The notes under the pieces were generated by a model. The model saw only the letters and a program-made list of their open reading frames with translations. It ran no database searches and was not told the origin of the DNA. Position numbers and translations under genes: made by a program. From a candidate division FCPU426 bacterium (lineage in GTDB: Bacteria; Oederibacteriota; Muellerivitia; Muellerivitales; Muellerivitaceae), in NCBI GenBank assembly GCA_963796105.1, contig CAWCKJ010000004.1:960001-1024000 (forward strand): a stretch of 64,000 bases of DNA, in the 5' to 3' direction. The first letter of the stretch is position 1; every line of letters begins with the position of its first letter. Of the stretch, positions 52,444 to 64,000 are shown piece after piece.

Positions 52444-53196
52444 TCATTTGGAGGGGTTCAGCATCTTGAAAAATCGCGAAGGGGCCAAGCGGGAGCCCAA
52501 TTTTAGGAACTTGGCCTGGGCGATGGGAAGTTCGGCTTTGTTCGTGCCCAATGCCTTTATGGTCTTGGTGATAAATGCGTCCAGGGCCATCCCTTTATAA
52601 TCGCTTTCCGGCCGTCCGGGGGCCTTCCCCAAATCGGTTTCCACTCCCGGGGGGGCGATCTCAATCACCCGGACCGGGGTTTTACGGAGTTGGTGCCTCA
52701 GGGAATCGGAAAAAGAATGCACCGCCGCCTTGGTTCCACAGTAGATCGGAGTGAAAGCCAGGGGCACATAGGCCAGGCCTGAGCTCACGTTGATGAGGGT
52801 GGCTTCCTTTTGCTTCAAGAGAAGGGGTAAAAAGGCCGATGTCATCCGGATAAGCCCCTTAAAATTGGTCTCCACCTCGTCGAAGAGTCCCGCTCCCAGG
52901 GTCTCGGGCTTGGAAAAGTCCGGATATCTCATAATGCCGGCGTTGTTGATAAGGACGTCCAGATTGAGGAATTTTTTCGAGACGGAGGCGAAAAGACGCC
53001 GGACATCCGCTTCCTTGCCCACGTCCATCGAGAAGGCTTCCATTCCCTTAAACTGCTTGGCTGTCTCCGCGAGCGTTTTTTCATGGCGTCCCGTGATGAT
53101 GACCTGGTTTCCAAGCTCATGGAAGGCCTGGGCCAGTCCCTTCCCGATTCCCCCGCTCCCGCCCGTGATCAATATGGTCCGGTTTGTCAGTCTCAT
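52444..53196 (-). CDS. SDR oxidoreductase (DltE-like)
   Basis: TGGSGGIG, NNAG, NVSSGL, YCGTK. Confidence 0.9.
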   Translation of the reverse strand: MRLTNRTILITGGSGGIGKGLAQAFHELGNQVIITGRHEKTLAETAKQFKGMEAFSMDVGKEADVRRLFASVSKKFLNLDVLINNAGIMRYPDFSKPETLGAGLFDEVETNFKGLIRMTSAFLPLLLKQKEATLINVSSGLAYVPLAFTPIYCGTKAAVHSFSDSLRHQLRKTPVRVIEIAPPGVETDLGKAPGRPESDYKGMALDAFITKTIKALGTNKAELPIAQAKFLKLGSRLAPSRFFKMLNPSK

Positions 53197-53988
53197 GATT
53201 TTACCCCCTCTTGGTCTTTGGCTTTCTAATATATCCGAAATGCGGGCGCGAAAGCCGTTAAACGCCTAAGAATCATCCGGATGATAACAGGGAATGTCGA
53301 ACAATTTATGGGTAGAGGTGAATAGACTTAGGACGAATATTCATAATCGGATGGATGTTAAAGGAAAATGAAGCCGGGATTTAATTAAAAAGAATTATAA
53401 CGGAAGACTTTCCTATTTTTACAACCATTCGCGGCATTGCGGGCGGGTCGAACGGAATGGGATGAATCACCCGGGGACGGGGATCCATCTGTGAAAATAA
53501 AGTGGCTTTCCTCACGCTAAGTTTGTTTTTAAATTCCTTTTGTGTGATTCGCGGCTTGGTATTTCTCAAGGAAATAAAACATACGGGGGTGCGCGGAAAA
53601 AGGGGCTTTTTCAGGCGCTTGTGTACCTGGGAACCTGCGACATTCCGGGATTTCTTGGGAGATAAGCCTTCCTTGTTTCTCATTTTTTTCTTCCCCTAAT
53701 GGTTAAAAACTTACCGCTAGAGAAATAATCCCACCTTTTCGGTTATTTTCCACTTCCAGTGCCCGAAAGGCCGATTTTTAGGACTCGTTTGCCGTTGAGG
53801 GGGGATAGGTTGTTCTTATTTAGCTTAAATCCCAGTAAATAAACGGAATAAGGATATTGTCTCAAAGGTTTTTATTAATTGGGTTTGATGAAACCCGAAT
53901 GATTTGCAGGGTGTAGGGTGGCCAGATATACCCATTTTGCTAGGCTTCTAGTTGACCTTTTTCCAGGTGGTCCCATTCGACTATCGCG

Positions 53989-55014
53989 TCATGGAGAGGC
54001 TGAAATCGAAGCCTGCGTCTTTTGGCTCAACCTTTCCCCGCGCTGGGAGGGCGCAACCGATCGGGTCTTTCGAAGCCGGGCCACGAAGAAACCCTCGAGC
54101 ACAGGGGAAGGCAGGATTCGCACGGACTTTACCACCGACGGATGAAATTTCAAACCCTCCCAGCCCTCCAGGCCCCGGCTATAAACCGGAAGAGGTAATG
54201 GAATTTCCTCCAATGCCAAAGCGTTCTGATAGGTCTCCAAGGCCCATTGCAGGATTCCCTCATTTTCCTCCGGCGCGAAAGTGCAGGTGGAATAAACCAT
54301 CGTCCCCCCGGTCTTGAGGCAGAGAAAGGCCGATTTGAACAACCGCCTTTGATCTTTCGCCATTTTGCGGTTGGTGTCCTCCCGCCAGTAACCATAAGTG
54401 GAGGGAACCCCTGATTGGAACCTTCCCTCCGAACTGCAAGGGGCGTCCAATAGAACCCGGTCAAAAGCCTCGAAGTGGTTCTTCCAGACCAGGCCTCCGT
54501 CGCCGGGCGGGAGGACGGCCGTGTTGGAAGCGCCTTGGTTCATTAGGTTGGACTTTAATTTTTCCGCGCGGACGGGGTTATCGTCGTTCGCGATGACCGT
54601 CCCCATGCCTTTCATCAGGGCAGCCAATTGAGTGGTTTTGCTCCCGGGGGCCGCGGTCAAATCGAGGATCTTCTCGCCCGGCTGGGGCTGAAGGGCCAGG
54701 GGAGGAACCATGCCGGAAAGGCCCTGCACGTAAATTTCCCCCTTGCTATAAACGTCAGTTTTCTCGAGGTCCCTTTGGGAGCCCTTCCTCAGGATGAAGG
54801 CATCTTTGTACCAGAGCACGTTCTCGATCTTGAGGCCCTGGGACTCAAGATGTTCTTTGATCCGGCCTCCACTGGACTTCAGGGAATTGACGCGGAAGGT
54901 GGTAGGTTTTTCCTGGGCGAAAGTCTTGAGTGTTTTATCCCATTGCCCAAGAGGGATTACTTTATGGAGCTTGTCCAGAAATGGCTGGGGAAGACGGTTC
55001 CGGTGGTTGGACAA
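53989..55014 (-). CDS. RsmB/NOP-family RNA m5C methyltransferase
   Basis: LDLTAAPGSKT, DAPCSSEG, YSTCT..PEENE. Confidence 0.9.
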   Translation of the reverse strand: MSNHRNRLPQPFLDKLHKVIPLGQWDKTLKTFAQEKPTTFRVNSLKSSGGRIKEHLESQGLKIENVLWYKDAFILRKGSQRDLEKTDVYSKGEIYVQGLSGMVPPLALQPQPGEKILDLTAAPGSKTTQLAALMKGMGTVIANDDNPVRAEKLKSNLMNQGASNTAVLPPGDGGLVWKNHFEAFDRVLLDAPCSSEGRFQSGVPSTYGYWREDTNRKMAKDQRRLFKSAFLCLKTGGTMVYSTCTFAPEENEGILQWALETYQNALALEEIPLPLPVYSRGLEGWEGLKFHPSVVKSVRILPSPVLEGFFVARLRKTRSVAPSQRGERLSQKTQASISASP

Positions 55015-55131
55015 TTCAAACCCTGCCAGGCAAATTTGATTTATCGGTTTGATGATTCAACCATCTCGGTATTTCCCGGCGGAGAATTCTCAAATCGTTA
55101 AAAACGTTGAAGCCTAGTTCAAAATGGAATT

Positions 55132-55818
55132 TCACCAGGGCAGCTTCAAGGCGTCGGCGAGGAATTTCATCATGGGCGAAGCGGCAGCGCAGGCTTCGAC
55201 GTACCTATCCAAAAAATCCGGGGAACAGGCGTCTCTCTCGCCGAATTGGGTGAAAAAAATGTAATCCTTGTATTTCAAATACTCAATGAGCTCATGGTCG
55301 GGGGAATATCCCTTGGGAGGCCTCTGGAGTTTTTCGCCCTCGATCATGCAACGGCGGCTGAATTTCTTATCCCCCAGGACCGCCTTCCACCGGGCCGGAT
55401 GGGAGGCGAGGTAATCCCGGATTTGCCCCAGGACGGGAGCCTCGGGACGCCAGATGCCCCCGCCGGAGTAGACTTCCCCCGGCTCCAAATGCAGGTAATA
55501 ACCGGGAGAATGAACGTCCCGGCTACTGGATGTCCTGAATTGCGCCGCGGCGTGGGTTTTGTAGGGAGTCTTATCCTTCGAAAAGCGCGTGTCGCGGTAG
55601 ATGCGGAACATGGAACCGCCTGACGGGCTGTTATCCACGATGAGGGATGGGCTGATTTTGCGAAGGCGTGGGCCCAGTACTCCGATGAAATCCAACAGGG
55701 GATTGCGGACGACTTGCTCATAGCGCTCCTTGTTGGCGTGAAACCAGGGCCGGTTGTTGTTAGCTTTCAGTTCCCTGAGGAATTTGAAAAATGCCGGCGA
55801 GAAGTAGGATTGAGACAT
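55132..55818 (-). CDS. DUF2461 family protein
   Basis: NNNRPWF, FRIYRDTRFSKDKTPYK, YYLHLEP. Confidence 0.9.
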   Translation of the reverse strand: MSQSYFSPAFFKFLRELKANNNRPWFHANKERYEQVVRNPLLDFIGVLGPRLRKISPSLIVDNSPSGGSMFRIYRDTRFSKDKTPYKTHAAAQFRTSSSRDVHSPGYYLHLEPGEVYSGGGIWRPEAPVLGQIRDYLASHPARWKAVLGDKKFSRRCMIEGEKLQRPPKGYSPDHELIEYLKYKDYIFFTQFGERDACSPDFLDRYVEACAAASPMMKFLADALKLPW

Positions 55819-56028
55819 GGCAAAACCTCGGATTAGTTATTCGGAAATTCTTCCCATTTTTTAAAACATTGATAAAGACCTCTAAAACTGCATTTATCGG
55901 GTTGTTATTTATAGCATTCCCGGGTCTTTGCGCACAAGCCGGGTGTCCTATTGCGTTCGGGGTAAATTCGTAAGGAAAAGTTGGGAAAAACCAAGGGAGG
56001 AAAAGATGAATGAGTGAACTTTTTACTC

Positions 56029-59000
56029 TTATTTTTCCACTAGTATCTTTAGTGTCTGCTTGGCAATGATCTTCCCGGTCAGGTCCTTCTGTTCCACCTT
56101 GGCGATGTAGAGTCCACTTGAGATTCCAGCGGCGTTCCAGGTCACCCGGCTCGTTCCTCCAGCGCCTTTCAGCTCCGTCACCAGTTCCCCAGCCAGGTCA
56201 TAGATCCTCACCGTCAGGTTCACGTTCGTGACAGATCCCTGGAATTCCACTTGGCTGAATCCACCGGTTAAGGGGTTCGGATAAGCCCACACTTTCGGTA
56301 CCGTCTGTTTCGCGTTGTTCAACACCATCACCGACGTCACGATCACCGTCTCCCCGCCTTTTCCATCGGTCGAGTGCACCTCGATGAAGTATTTCCCGTT
56401 GGGTACCACCGCCCCGCTTGAGGCGTATCCTGTCCAGATGGCTGTCACCCCGTTATTTGTCGTAATAATCAGGTTCCCGTCCGTCGGCGATCCCGGCTCC
56501 AACACCGTCCCTGACAGCTTCACCCCCGTAATCACCGTCCCTTGAGGGTCCTCCACCACGCTGTATAGCGTGTCTACGATCTCACCCGCCTCGTTGTAGA
56601 TGTCGATCGTCACCTTTTCCAATGACCTGCTCACCACCACGTTCAATACCACGCTCTTGTCCACCCCGAAGGAGTCCACATTGTCCACTTTCACGTAATA
56701 GTCACCATTGGGCACGGGGTTCCCGTTCTGGTCCGTCCCGTTCCATACCGTGATCTGGGTGTTCTGGTCGTAGATTAATATCGGGTCATTGAGTCCATTA
56801 ATCAGGTCCCCGTTCTTCAACTGCAGGTCCACCAAGGGCTGGGAATATTGAGTCACCAAGAGTGTCTTCACCAATTCTCCCGCCTCGTTATACACCCCGA
56901 TCTTCACCGTGTAGCTCCCCGTCACCATCAATGTCGCGCAGGAACTTAAAGGCGATATTCCCGGATAGGTCAAGACCGCGCAGTTCACGATCGGTCCCGC
57001 CGGCGTGAAACTGTTAATCGACACCGTATAGGTGAGTTGGTAGTTCCCTGGAGTAAGAGTGGGTAATGTCCAGTTCATCATGGTCACCCCGCCTGATACG
57101 GTGGTCACGGCCGAGGTCCCGGTTGGGGAGGCCCCAAAGGCCGCGAAAGTGCAGTTGGGAGGCAGTTGGTCCTGCACCACTACCCCAGGGGCGTTGGCAT
57201 TAGAGACATTCACATTCAAGGTATAGGTCACCATGTCCCCTGAAGAACCTGTTGATTCCGACTCCTGCTTTTGCAGGGTCAATACCGCCGCGGGAGTGGG
57301 GGTAAGAGTGGGGGAAGGAGTGGGTGTGGGGGTCAGGGTGTTGGTATTAGTGGGTGTATTGGTGGCTGTAAGCGTATTCGTGGGAGTGGGGGTATTGGTC
57401 GGAGTCCTGGTGGGGGTAGGAGTAGGCGTATTGGTAGCTGTATTGGTGGCAGTCGGAGTGTTGGTATTGGTCGGGGTATTCGTGGCCGTATAGGTGTTGG
57501 TAGCGGTGTTCGTATTGGTAGCTGTATTGGTGTTAGTCGGGGTATTGGTATTGGTTGGCGTATTTGTGTTTGTCGGAGTGTTGGTGGGGGTGTAGGTGTT
57601 AGTAGCGGTATTGGTATTCGTCGGCGTGGCGGTATCAGTCGGGGTATTGGTATTGGTGGGCGTATTGGTAGGTGTAGGAGTGGGGGTATTTGTCGGCGTA
57701 TCCGTGGGAGTGTTGGTGTTGGTGGGTGTGGATGTGTTAGTCGGCGTGTAGGTATTCGTGAAGGTAAATACAGGCGTATCGGTCAAGGTATCGGTTGGAG
57801 TGGAGGTTGGTGTTGATGTTGGCGTGTCCGTGAAAGTGGGTGTAGGTGTATTGGTGTTGGTAGGCGTATTAGTGGGTGTTGGAGTGGGAGTATTGGTCGG
57901 GGTGTCTGTGGGTGTGTTGGTGTTTGTCGATGTGGATGTGTTAGTGGGGGTATAGGTGGGCGTGAAGGTAAACACGGGAGTGTCGGTCAAGGTATCAGTT
58001 GGAGTAGGGGTTGGCGTCTGGGTGGGGGTAGGTGTGTAAGTAGGGGTGGGAGTAGTTGTAGGAGTATTAGTAGATGTAGGTGTCGGGGTGGAAGTAGGTG
58101 TTGGAGTCGGGGTATTGGAGGGTGTTGAGGTTGGAGTGGGGGTTGGGGTGGGTGTCGGCGTATTCGTAGGAGTATTGGTAGGAGTGGGTGAAGGAGTCAG
58201 TGTCGGAGTAACAGTAAAGGTGTTCGTGGGGGATGTCGTCCCGGTTGAGGTATTCGTCGGGGTTGGGGTGACTGTTGGGGTGGGTGTTGGCGTGGAAGTC
58301 GGAGTATTCGTGGGTGTATTGGTAGGCGTCGGCGAGGGCGTCAGTGTCGGAGTGGGAGTCGGGGTGTTGGTAGGAGTAGATGTAGGCGTATTAGTCGGTG
58401 TGGGGGTGGAAGTGGTCGTGGGAGTAGGAGTTGGTGTGGGAGTCGGGGTCCTAGTCGGGGTATTGGTGGGTGTCGGCGTGGGAGTCGTCGTAGGTGTGGG
58501 GGTTGGGGTGTTGGTAGGCGTAGAAGTCGGAGTATTGGTTGGGGTGGGAGTAGGAGTCACAGTCGGGGTGGGTGTGGGAGTAGGTGTCGGAGTCTTGGTC
58601 GGAGTGATGGTGGGCGTATTCGTGGGCGGCTGAGTTCCTGTAGGGGTGTTTGTCGGCGTGGGCGTGATGGTAGGTGTTGGAGTATTGGTGGGGGTCGGAG
58701 TGATCGTCGGGGTGGGAGTTGGCGTATTGGTCGGGGTAGGAGTTGGAGTCCTAGTTGGTGTAGGGGTTGGGGTAGTTGTGGGAGTGGGTGTCGGGGTATT
58801 CGTAGGTGTGGGAGTGGGAGTGTTCGTGGGTGTGGGGGTAGGGGTGGTTGTGGGTGTTGGAGTCGGGGTGTTCGTGGGCGTGGGAGTCGGCGTCCTTGTG
58901 GGGGTAGGTGTCGGGGTGGTGGTTGGAGTAGGCGTTGGAGTATTGGTGGGTGTGGGGGTTGGGGTATTCGTGGGTGTCGGAGAAGGTGTCAGGGTCGGTG

Positions 59001-61896
59001 TAGGGGTTGGCGTATGGGTCGGCGTCCTTGTGGGGGTATTGGTCGGCGTTGGAGTTGGCGTAGTAGTTGGAGTTGGCGTGGGCGTATTAGTGGGTGTGGG
59101 CGTCGGGGTATTCGTGGGTGTTGGCGTGGGAGTTGTCGTTGGGGTTGGAGTCGGGGTAGGGGTTGGCGTCCTTGTGGGGGTATTGGTAGGCGTTGGTGTG
59201 GGCGTAATCGTCGGCGTGTTGGTGGGAGTCGGGGTCGGGGTTTTGGTCGGGGTGATGGTAGGAGTATTCGTGGGCGACTGGGTCCCAGTTGGGGTATTGG
59301 TTGGCGTTGGGGTAATAGTGGGTGTTGGAGTGGGCGTCGGGGTAGGTGTGGTTGTCGGTGTTGGAGTAGGAGTGCGTGTGGGAGTTGGGGTTGGTGTATT
59401 GGTTGGTGTTGGAGTAGGAGTTGTTGTTGGGGTGGGGGTCGGGGTATTGGTAGGGGTCGGGGTTGGAGTCCTCGTGGGCGTGGGTGTTGGGGTGGTTGTG
59501 GGTGTGGGCGTGGGCGTATTCGTGGGTGTATTGGTGGGAGTCGGAGTAGGAGTGTTCGTCGGGGTTCTAGTCGGGGTAGGTGTCGGCGTGTTAGTGGGTG
59601 TCGGAGTTGGGGTATTGGTCGGAGTGGGTGTGGGAGTGGTGGTCGGCGTGGGAGTCGGCGTCCTTGTGGGGGTCGGTGTGGGAGTATTAGTGGGGGTTGG
59701 GGTAGGGGTTGTGGTCGGGGTAGGAGTAGGCGTGTTGGTGGGTGTAGGAGTCGGCGTCCTGGTAGGGGTTGGTGTTGGCGTTGTTGTAGGGGTAGGAGTC
59801 GGAGTGTTCGTGGGAGTAGGAGTTGGGGTATTAGTTGGTGTTGGAGTGGGTGTCCTGGTTGGCGTGGGTGTCGGGGTTACGGTCGGGGTGGGAGTAGGAG
59901 TGTTAGTGGGAGTCGGTGTAGGAGTGGTTGTGGGTGTGGGTGTCGGAGTCCTAGTCGGGGTGGGAGTGGGAGTATTGGTAGGGGTTGGAGTTGGGGTTGT
60001 GGTCGGGGTTGGGGTAGGAGTGTTGGTGGGCGTGGGTGTCGGGGTCCTGGTGGGGGTCGGTGTTGGGGTCGTGGTGGGTGTGGGTGTAGGCGTATTGGTT
60101 GGTGTCGGGCTAGGGGTAGGCGTAGGGGTGGGTGTAGGGGTTCTAGTTGGTGTGGGAGTAGGGGTTACGGTTGGCGTCGGAGTAGGTGTGTTAGTGGGAG
60201 TCGGCGTAGGGGTTGTTGTGGGTGTTGGGGTCGGGGTACGTGTAGGAGTCGGTGTTGGCGATGGTGTCGGGGTTGGTGTAGGGGTGTTCGTCGGGGTTGG
60301 AGTGGGTGTATTCGTAGGCGTATTGGTACGAGTTGGAGTAGGAGTAGGGGAAACAGTTGGCGTGGGAGTTGGGGTATTCGTTGGAGTAGGGGTCGGAGTC
60401 CTGGTTGGAGTTGGTGATGGCGTGGGTGTGGGCGTAGGAGAAGGAGTTGGCGTGGGACTGTTTGTCGGAGTGGGAGTCGGCGTTCTTGTGGGAGTATTGG
60501 TCGGGGTTGGTGATGGCGTGGGAGTCGGTGTGGGAGTGGGGGTACGAGTTGGAGTCGGAGAAGGAGTGTTGGTATTGGTATACGTATATGTGTAGGTGTT
60601 GGTATGGGTGAAGGTGGGGGTGATATTAGATGTATAGGTATAGGTCGGGGTATAAGTTGGCGTAAAGGTATATGTGCGTGTATAGGTCCAGGTGGGCGTG
60701 AAGGTATTGGTGGGACAGTTCATGACATAGCTGACGGAATTGGAGGGGCCATATGCTGGCTGGACCATCGAGAAATTGTTGACCCGCGTCAGGCAGTCGT
60801 AAACGGCGTTACTCGTGTTGTCGTCCCCGACAATCGTGACTGTCCAGCAGTAGGGAACCCATCCGGTTCCATTATAGGAAGCGCCGGGAAAGCCTTTCGA
60901 TCCGACCATAGTAACTGCCTGATCCCAGTCATAATAAAAGCCGTTTGAATCTGGCGGGGGACCAAAACCCTTGTTCGTGATACCCAAGACGGAACTCCGG
61001 AATCCCTCGCTCCAGAAAAAGGTCGAGCCGGCGGCGAGCCCGCTATCGACAAAAGTAACAGCGCCCGTGACCCAGTGACCAGAGTTGCAAGCTGTCAAGG
61101 CGACGGTAACCACCCGGTCCGGGGGATTGTCGTTTTGCTGGTAACCTGTAAACGTGACGGCGTTCGCGTTACCGCTCCCATTGCTCGACCAACCCACGAA
61201 ACTCTTGGTAAGGGTGATGTTTGTCGCTGGCGGGGTGGGAACGGAAGTAGGGATGGTCGTGGCTTGGGTAAAGAAAAGAGCGCCGTTGCAATTGCCGGTG
61301 CTGTAAAGTCCAGTGGAGTCGCCGGATAAATAGGGAACCTGGGCGCCAGTGGAGGGATTATAAAGGGATTGGCTCCAGCAACAGTCACCTGAGGTGGTGC
61401 TGACCTGTACCGGGGTGACCCAACCGCTTGTGCTGTAATTGGTCGCGTACCAATTGGAGGCGGGAGGCGTTGTGGGGTTTCCAGAACTGATGTAGTCCAT
61501 CTTAAGGCCGCCCTGTGTGGTGGTGATCTGGGAATGTTGTCCATTAGTACAGGTGATATCCAGGTCCCAAGAAGCGTACACGTTATTGCAGGCGGTATTC
61601 TGGGTATAGACGGAGATATAAACCGTGCTTCCCGAGATCAATGAAGTGGGAACAGTGATACAACCCGGCGGGCAAACCCCGGTACCGTCCCAGTTGCAAT
61701 AACCCACTTGCCCTAAATAAACCCCGCCTACATAGACCTGGGACCAGTCATCACTGGCCACACAGATTTGGGCGGAAGAGGGCGTGCACGTTTGGGCCCA
61801 TGACCGAATGGGGAAGGCCATAAAAAGGAAGATCCCTAAAATAGGTATGATCTGTTTAGGCTGTTTCGTAATAAATTTTGTCAATAATGAAAACAT
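56029..61896 (-). CDS. Large secreted Thr/Pro-repeat protein, paralogue of 10801-15957
   Basis: Signal peptide [17 protein letters not shown]-domain, ~1150-aa TP stalk, C-terminal ~420 aa nearly identical to the paralogue. Confidence 0.88.
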   Translation of the reverse strand: MFSLLTKFITKQPKQIIPILGIFLFMAFPIRSWAQTCTPSSAQICVASDDWSQVYVGGVYLGQVGYCNWDGTGVCPPGCITVPTSLISGSTVYISVYTQNTACNNVYASWDLDITCTNGQHSQITTTQGGLKMDYISSGNPTTPPASNWYATNYSTSGWVTPVQVSTTSGDCCWSQSLYNPSTGAQVPYLSGDSTGLYSTGNCNGALFFTQATTIPTSVPTPPATNITLTKSFVGWSSNGSGNANAVTFTGYQQNDNPPDRVVTVALTACNSGHWVTGAVTFVDSGLAAGSTFFWSEGFRSSVLGITNKGFGPPPDSNGFYYDWDQAVTMVGSKGFPGASYNGTGWVPYCWTVTIVGDDNTSNAVYDCLTRVNNFSMVQPAYGPSNSVSYVMNCPTNTFTPTWTYTRTYTFTPTYTPTYTYTSNITPTFTHTNTYTYTYTNTNTPSPTPTRTPTPTPTPTPSPTPTNTPTRTPTPTPTNSPTPTPSPTPTPTPSPTPTRTPTPTPTNTPTPTPTVSPTPTPTRTNTPTNTPTPTPTNTPTPTPTPSPTPTPTRTPTPTPTTTPTPTPTNTPTPTPTVTPTPTPTRTPTPTPTPTPSPTPTNTPTPTPTTTPTPTPTRTPTPTPTNTPTPTPTTTPTPTPTNTPTPTPTRTPTPTPTTTPTPTPTNTPTPTPTVTPTPTPTRTPTPTPTNTPTPTPTNTPTPTPTTTPTPTPTRTPTPTPTNTPTPTPTTTPTPTPTNTPTPTPTRTPTPTPTTTPTPTPTNTPTPTPTNTPTPTPTRTPTNTPTPTPTNTPTNTPTPTPTTTPTPTPTRTPTPTPTNTPTPTPTTTPTPTPTNTPTPTPTRTPTPTPTTTPTPTPTPTPTITPTPTNTPTGTQSPTNTPTITPTKTPTPTPTNTPTITPTPTPTNTPTRTPTPTPTPTPTTTPTPTPTNTPTPTPTNTPTPTPTTTPTPTPTNTPTRTPTHTPTPTPTLTPSPTPTNTPTPTPTNTPTPTPTTTPTPTPTRTPTPTPTNTPTPTPTTTPTPTPTNTPTPTPTNTPTPTPTTTPTPTPTRTPTPTPTNTPTPTPTITPTPTNTPTPTITPTPTNTPTGTQPPTNTPTITPTKTPTPTPTPTPTVTPTPTPTNTPTSTPTNTPTPTPTTTPTPTPTNTPTRTPTPTPTPTPTTTSTPTPTNTPTSTPTNTPTPTPTLTPSPTPTNTPTNTPTSTPTPTPTVTPTPTNTSTGTTSPTNTFTVTPTLTPSPTPTNTPTNTPTPTPTPTPTSTPSNTPTPTPTSTPTPTSTNTPTTTPTPTYTPTPTQTPTPTPTDTLTDTPVFTFTPTYTPTNTSTSTNTNTPTDTPTNTPTPTPTNTPTNTNTPTPTFTDTPTSTPTSTPTDTLTDTPVFTFTNTYTPTNTSTPTNTNTPTDTPTNTPTPTPTNTPTNTNTPTDTATPTNTNTATNTYTPTNTPTNTNTPTNTNTPTNTNTATNTNTATNTYTATNTPTNTNTPTATNTATNTPTPTPTRTPTNTPTPTNTLTATNTPTNTNTLTPTPTPSPTLTPTPAAVLTLQKQESESTGSSGDMVTYTLNVNVSNANAPGVVVQDQLPPNCTFAAFGASPTGTSAVTTVSGGVTMMNWTLPTLTPGNYQLTYTVSINSFTPAGPIVNCAVLTYPGISPLSSCATLMVTGSYTVKIGVYNEAGELVKTLLVTQYSQPLVDLQLKNGDLINGLNDPILIYDQNTQITVWNGTDQNGNPVPNGDYYVKVDNVDSFGVDKSVVLNVVVSRSLEKVTIDIYNEAGEIVDTLYSVVEDPQGTVITGVKLSGTVLEPGSPTDGNLIITTNNGVTAIWTGYASSGAVVPNGKYFIEVHSTDGKGGETVIVTSVMVLNNAKQTVPKVWAYPNPLTGGFSQVEFQGSVTNVNLTVRIYDLAGELVTELKGAGGTSRVTWNAAGISSGLYIAKVEQKDLTGKIIAKQTLKILVEK

Positions 61897-62325
61897 TAAA
61901 TCAAATCTCCATCGATAAAATCCGGTTCAATTCAAAGAACCCAGAACACTTGGCAAAAGATTATAACCCCAAAAAACCGACCAATACGTCCTTAGGGTCA
62001 AAGGATGTATAACATTAAAACAAGCATAATTTATTCCAAAACCTCAAGAAAAAGGCCTAAAACAGAAATTTCAAATACATCTATTTGGCGCATTTTGATC
62101 AAGTTATGGAAGCGGTTTTTTTGATCTTTTCCCTGTAATTCGAACGAAAACAAGGGATTGCCACTCTGTTAAAGTCGTTTAATGGCAGAAAGGGTTAAAG
62201 AGCTTAATTGAAAACAAAGGTTTTCGGTCTGTTAAAAAATCCAAATTGTCAGTTTTTTGAATTTATAAAGACTATTTTTGACTATTGAGAATGCCAAAAA
62301 ATAGGTGAGAGGTCCTTTTAAAAAA

Positions 62326-63171
62326 TTATGGACGTTTACACCAGGGGAACTGGACAGCGATGGCTGCTTCCAGGATTCCATCCGGTATGAATCGTTTCAG
62401 GAAATAAAGAGCCTTATCCTCAAATTTTACCAGGTAGCGTCTCCTCATGTGTTTGTCCTGAAAGGCCTGAAGTACCGACTTGACCGCTTTTTCAACCGGA
62501 GCGGCTTTTTTAAAGCGTTCCAAGGAAAATTTCTCAAAGGACTCGGTGAAGGCCCGGTAAGGGGATTTGCTTGAGTAGACCTTACCGCCGCGTCGGGTGT
62601 TGTCCACCACCGATGTTTTGATTTCGCTCATGACCAGCTCTGACACTTCCACCCCGAAGGAGCGGGTTTCCATGCGCAGGGCCTCAGTGATGGAATTGAC
62701 CGCCGACTTGCTGGCGGAATAGGGACCCAGGACCGGCAAGGCCAAGTAGCCGCCTATGCTTCCCACGTTGAGGATTTTTCCCGACCCCTGTCGACGCATA
62801 TGGGGAAGGACCGCCCGGACCACCCTTAAAACCCCGAAGACGTTCGTATTGAACTGGGATTTGGTTTCCGCGTCCGACAGATCCTCCCAAAAACCGGCCA
62901 CCACGAATCCGGCGTTGTTCAATAGGGCGTCGATTTTTCCTTCCTTCCGGATCACCTGCCGAACCGCCTTTTCCACGGAGGGAGTCCGGTTGACGTCCAT
63001 GACGATGGGAAAAAGGGGAAGATTTGCCGCCAAACTCCAAAGATGACCGCTCTTGCGGGGGTTTCGGTACGTAGCGTAGGTACGATAACCTTTTCTGGCC
63101 AACGCTTCCGCGCAGGCTAAGCCCAAGCCTGAGTTGGCGCCGGTGATGAGGGCAACTGGAGCTTTTTGCAT
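62326..63171 (-). CDS. SDR oxidoreductase
   Basis: TGANSGLG, NNAG, YSASK. Confidence 0.9.
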   Translation of the reverse strand: MQKAPVALITGANSGLGLACAEALARKGYRTYATYRNPRKSGHLWSLAANLPLFPIVMDVNRTPSVEKAVRQVIRKEGKIDALLNNAGFVVAGFWEDLSDAETKSQFNTNVFGVLRVVRAVLPHMRRQGSGKILNVGSIGGYLALPVLGPYSASKSAVNSITEALRMETRSFGVEVSELVMSEIKTSVVDNTRRGGKVYSSKSPYRAFTESFEKFSLERFKKAAPVEKAVKSVLQAFQDKHMRRRYLVKFEDKALYFLKRFIPDGILEAAIAVQFPWCKRP

Positions 63172-63174
63172 GGG

Positions 63175-64000
63175 CTACCTCTGGAAGCGGGAATACATGA
63201 CCCGCAAAATTTGGTCAAACAAGGCGTCCGGAACGAACCGCCGCAGGAAGGGAAACCACCGGGCATCCAGACCCGCGGCATAGCGTAAGGCCATCCGGGA
63301 GTCCTGAAGGGCTTTGAGGATTGTCCGGGATACTTCTTGGGGTCCCGGCGCCTGACCCGAATGACGGTTTCCATATTGAAGAATATTCGAAAGGGTTTTT
63401 TGATAAGCCGATTTGCCCTGCCGGAAGACCCCGGCCATGCGACGGTTGGCGTTGAATGAAGTGTTCATCTGCCCAGGCTCAATGACCGTCACTTGGACAT
63501 TGAAGGGCCTCAATTCCAACCTCAGACTTTCTGTCACCGCCTCCACGGCGTGTTTGGTGGAACAATAGAGCCCAATGCCAGCAAAGGTGATTCTGCCGGC
63601 AAGCGATCCCACATGAAGGATCCTTCCGGATTTTTGGGACCGCATCGCGGGAAGCACCGCTTTCGTCATGCGCAATAGCCCAAAAACATTGGTCTCGTAT
63701 TGAGCCAGGATTTCCTTGTCAGAAAATTCCTCCAGGGCCCCAAAGGCGCCCCAGCCCGCGTTGTTGATGAGGACATCGATATGTCCGGCGGATTGAATAA
63801 CCGTGGAAACAGCCTTTTTAACGGACGCGCTTTTATCCACGTCCAAGGGAAGGATTTCAAGCGGCAGGCCCGAGGCCCTTTCCCTCAAAGAGTTGGCTTT
63901 TTTCAGATCCCGCATGGTAGCGAAAACCCTGTAACCCTTTTGGGACAAGAGGACCGCTGTTTCCAGACCGATTCCGGAGGAACAGCCGGTGATGAGCGCA
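63175..64000 (-). CDS. SDR oxidoreductase; 5' end just outside window
   Basis: Frame extends past 63948 as ALITGCSSGIGLETAVLL; NNAG, YCSTK. Confidence 0.88.
   Translation of the reverse strand, partial: ALITGCSSGIGLETAVLLSQKGYRVFATMRDLKKANSLRERASGLPLEILPLDVDKSASVKKAVSTVIQSAGHIDVLINNAGWGAFGALEEFSDKEILAQYETNVFGLLRMTKAVLPAMRSQKSGRILHVGSLAGRITFAGIGLYCSTKHAVEAVTESLRLELRPFNVQVTVIEPGQMNTSFNANRRMAGVFRQGKSAYQKTLSNILQYGNRHSGQAPGPQEVSRTILKALQDSRMALRYAAGLDARWFPFLRRFVPDALFDQILRVMYSRFQR

Noticed and set aside
53200..53950. ORFs 53381-53683 and 53502-53699, and a GGCAAAC motif suggesting a c-di-GMP riboswitch
   Set aside because: No protein motifs; the remaining c-di-GMP-I consensus is absent

Overview
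64 kb of bacterial chromosome from a GC-rich diderm. The many Thr/Pro-repeat surface proteins ending in FlgD/T9SS-like C-terminal domains suggest a lineage such as candidate phylum FCPU426; this is inference only. Core and accessory genes include glnB-glnE, an ABC-F ATPase, a peroxiredoxin, glycosyltransferases, an RsmB/NOP methyltransferase, SDRs, a PocR-AraC regulator, a PAS hybrid kinase, yefM/yoeB and two tRNA-Ser genes. Five IS copies from four families (IS3, IS4 x2, IS1595, IS1380) all have identifiable terminal repeats and target duplications. The least explained region is 16.0-25.4 kb. There, four copies of a ~100-bp double-hairpin element with compensatory base changes lie as two inward-facing pairs around a kinase gene and an AT-rich P-loop ATPase gene that has been hit by two ISs. 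The left pair sits beside helically phased (~10.5/21-bp) non-coding motif arrays; a similar 11-site array lies at 5.3-5.5 kb. Other points: both tRNAs carry cognate-tuned tRNA-like repeat trailers, the PII protein lacks Tyr51, and there are three probable pseudogenes or frameshifts (SRPBCC, YoeB, Fur). All calls were made by eye without database searches.
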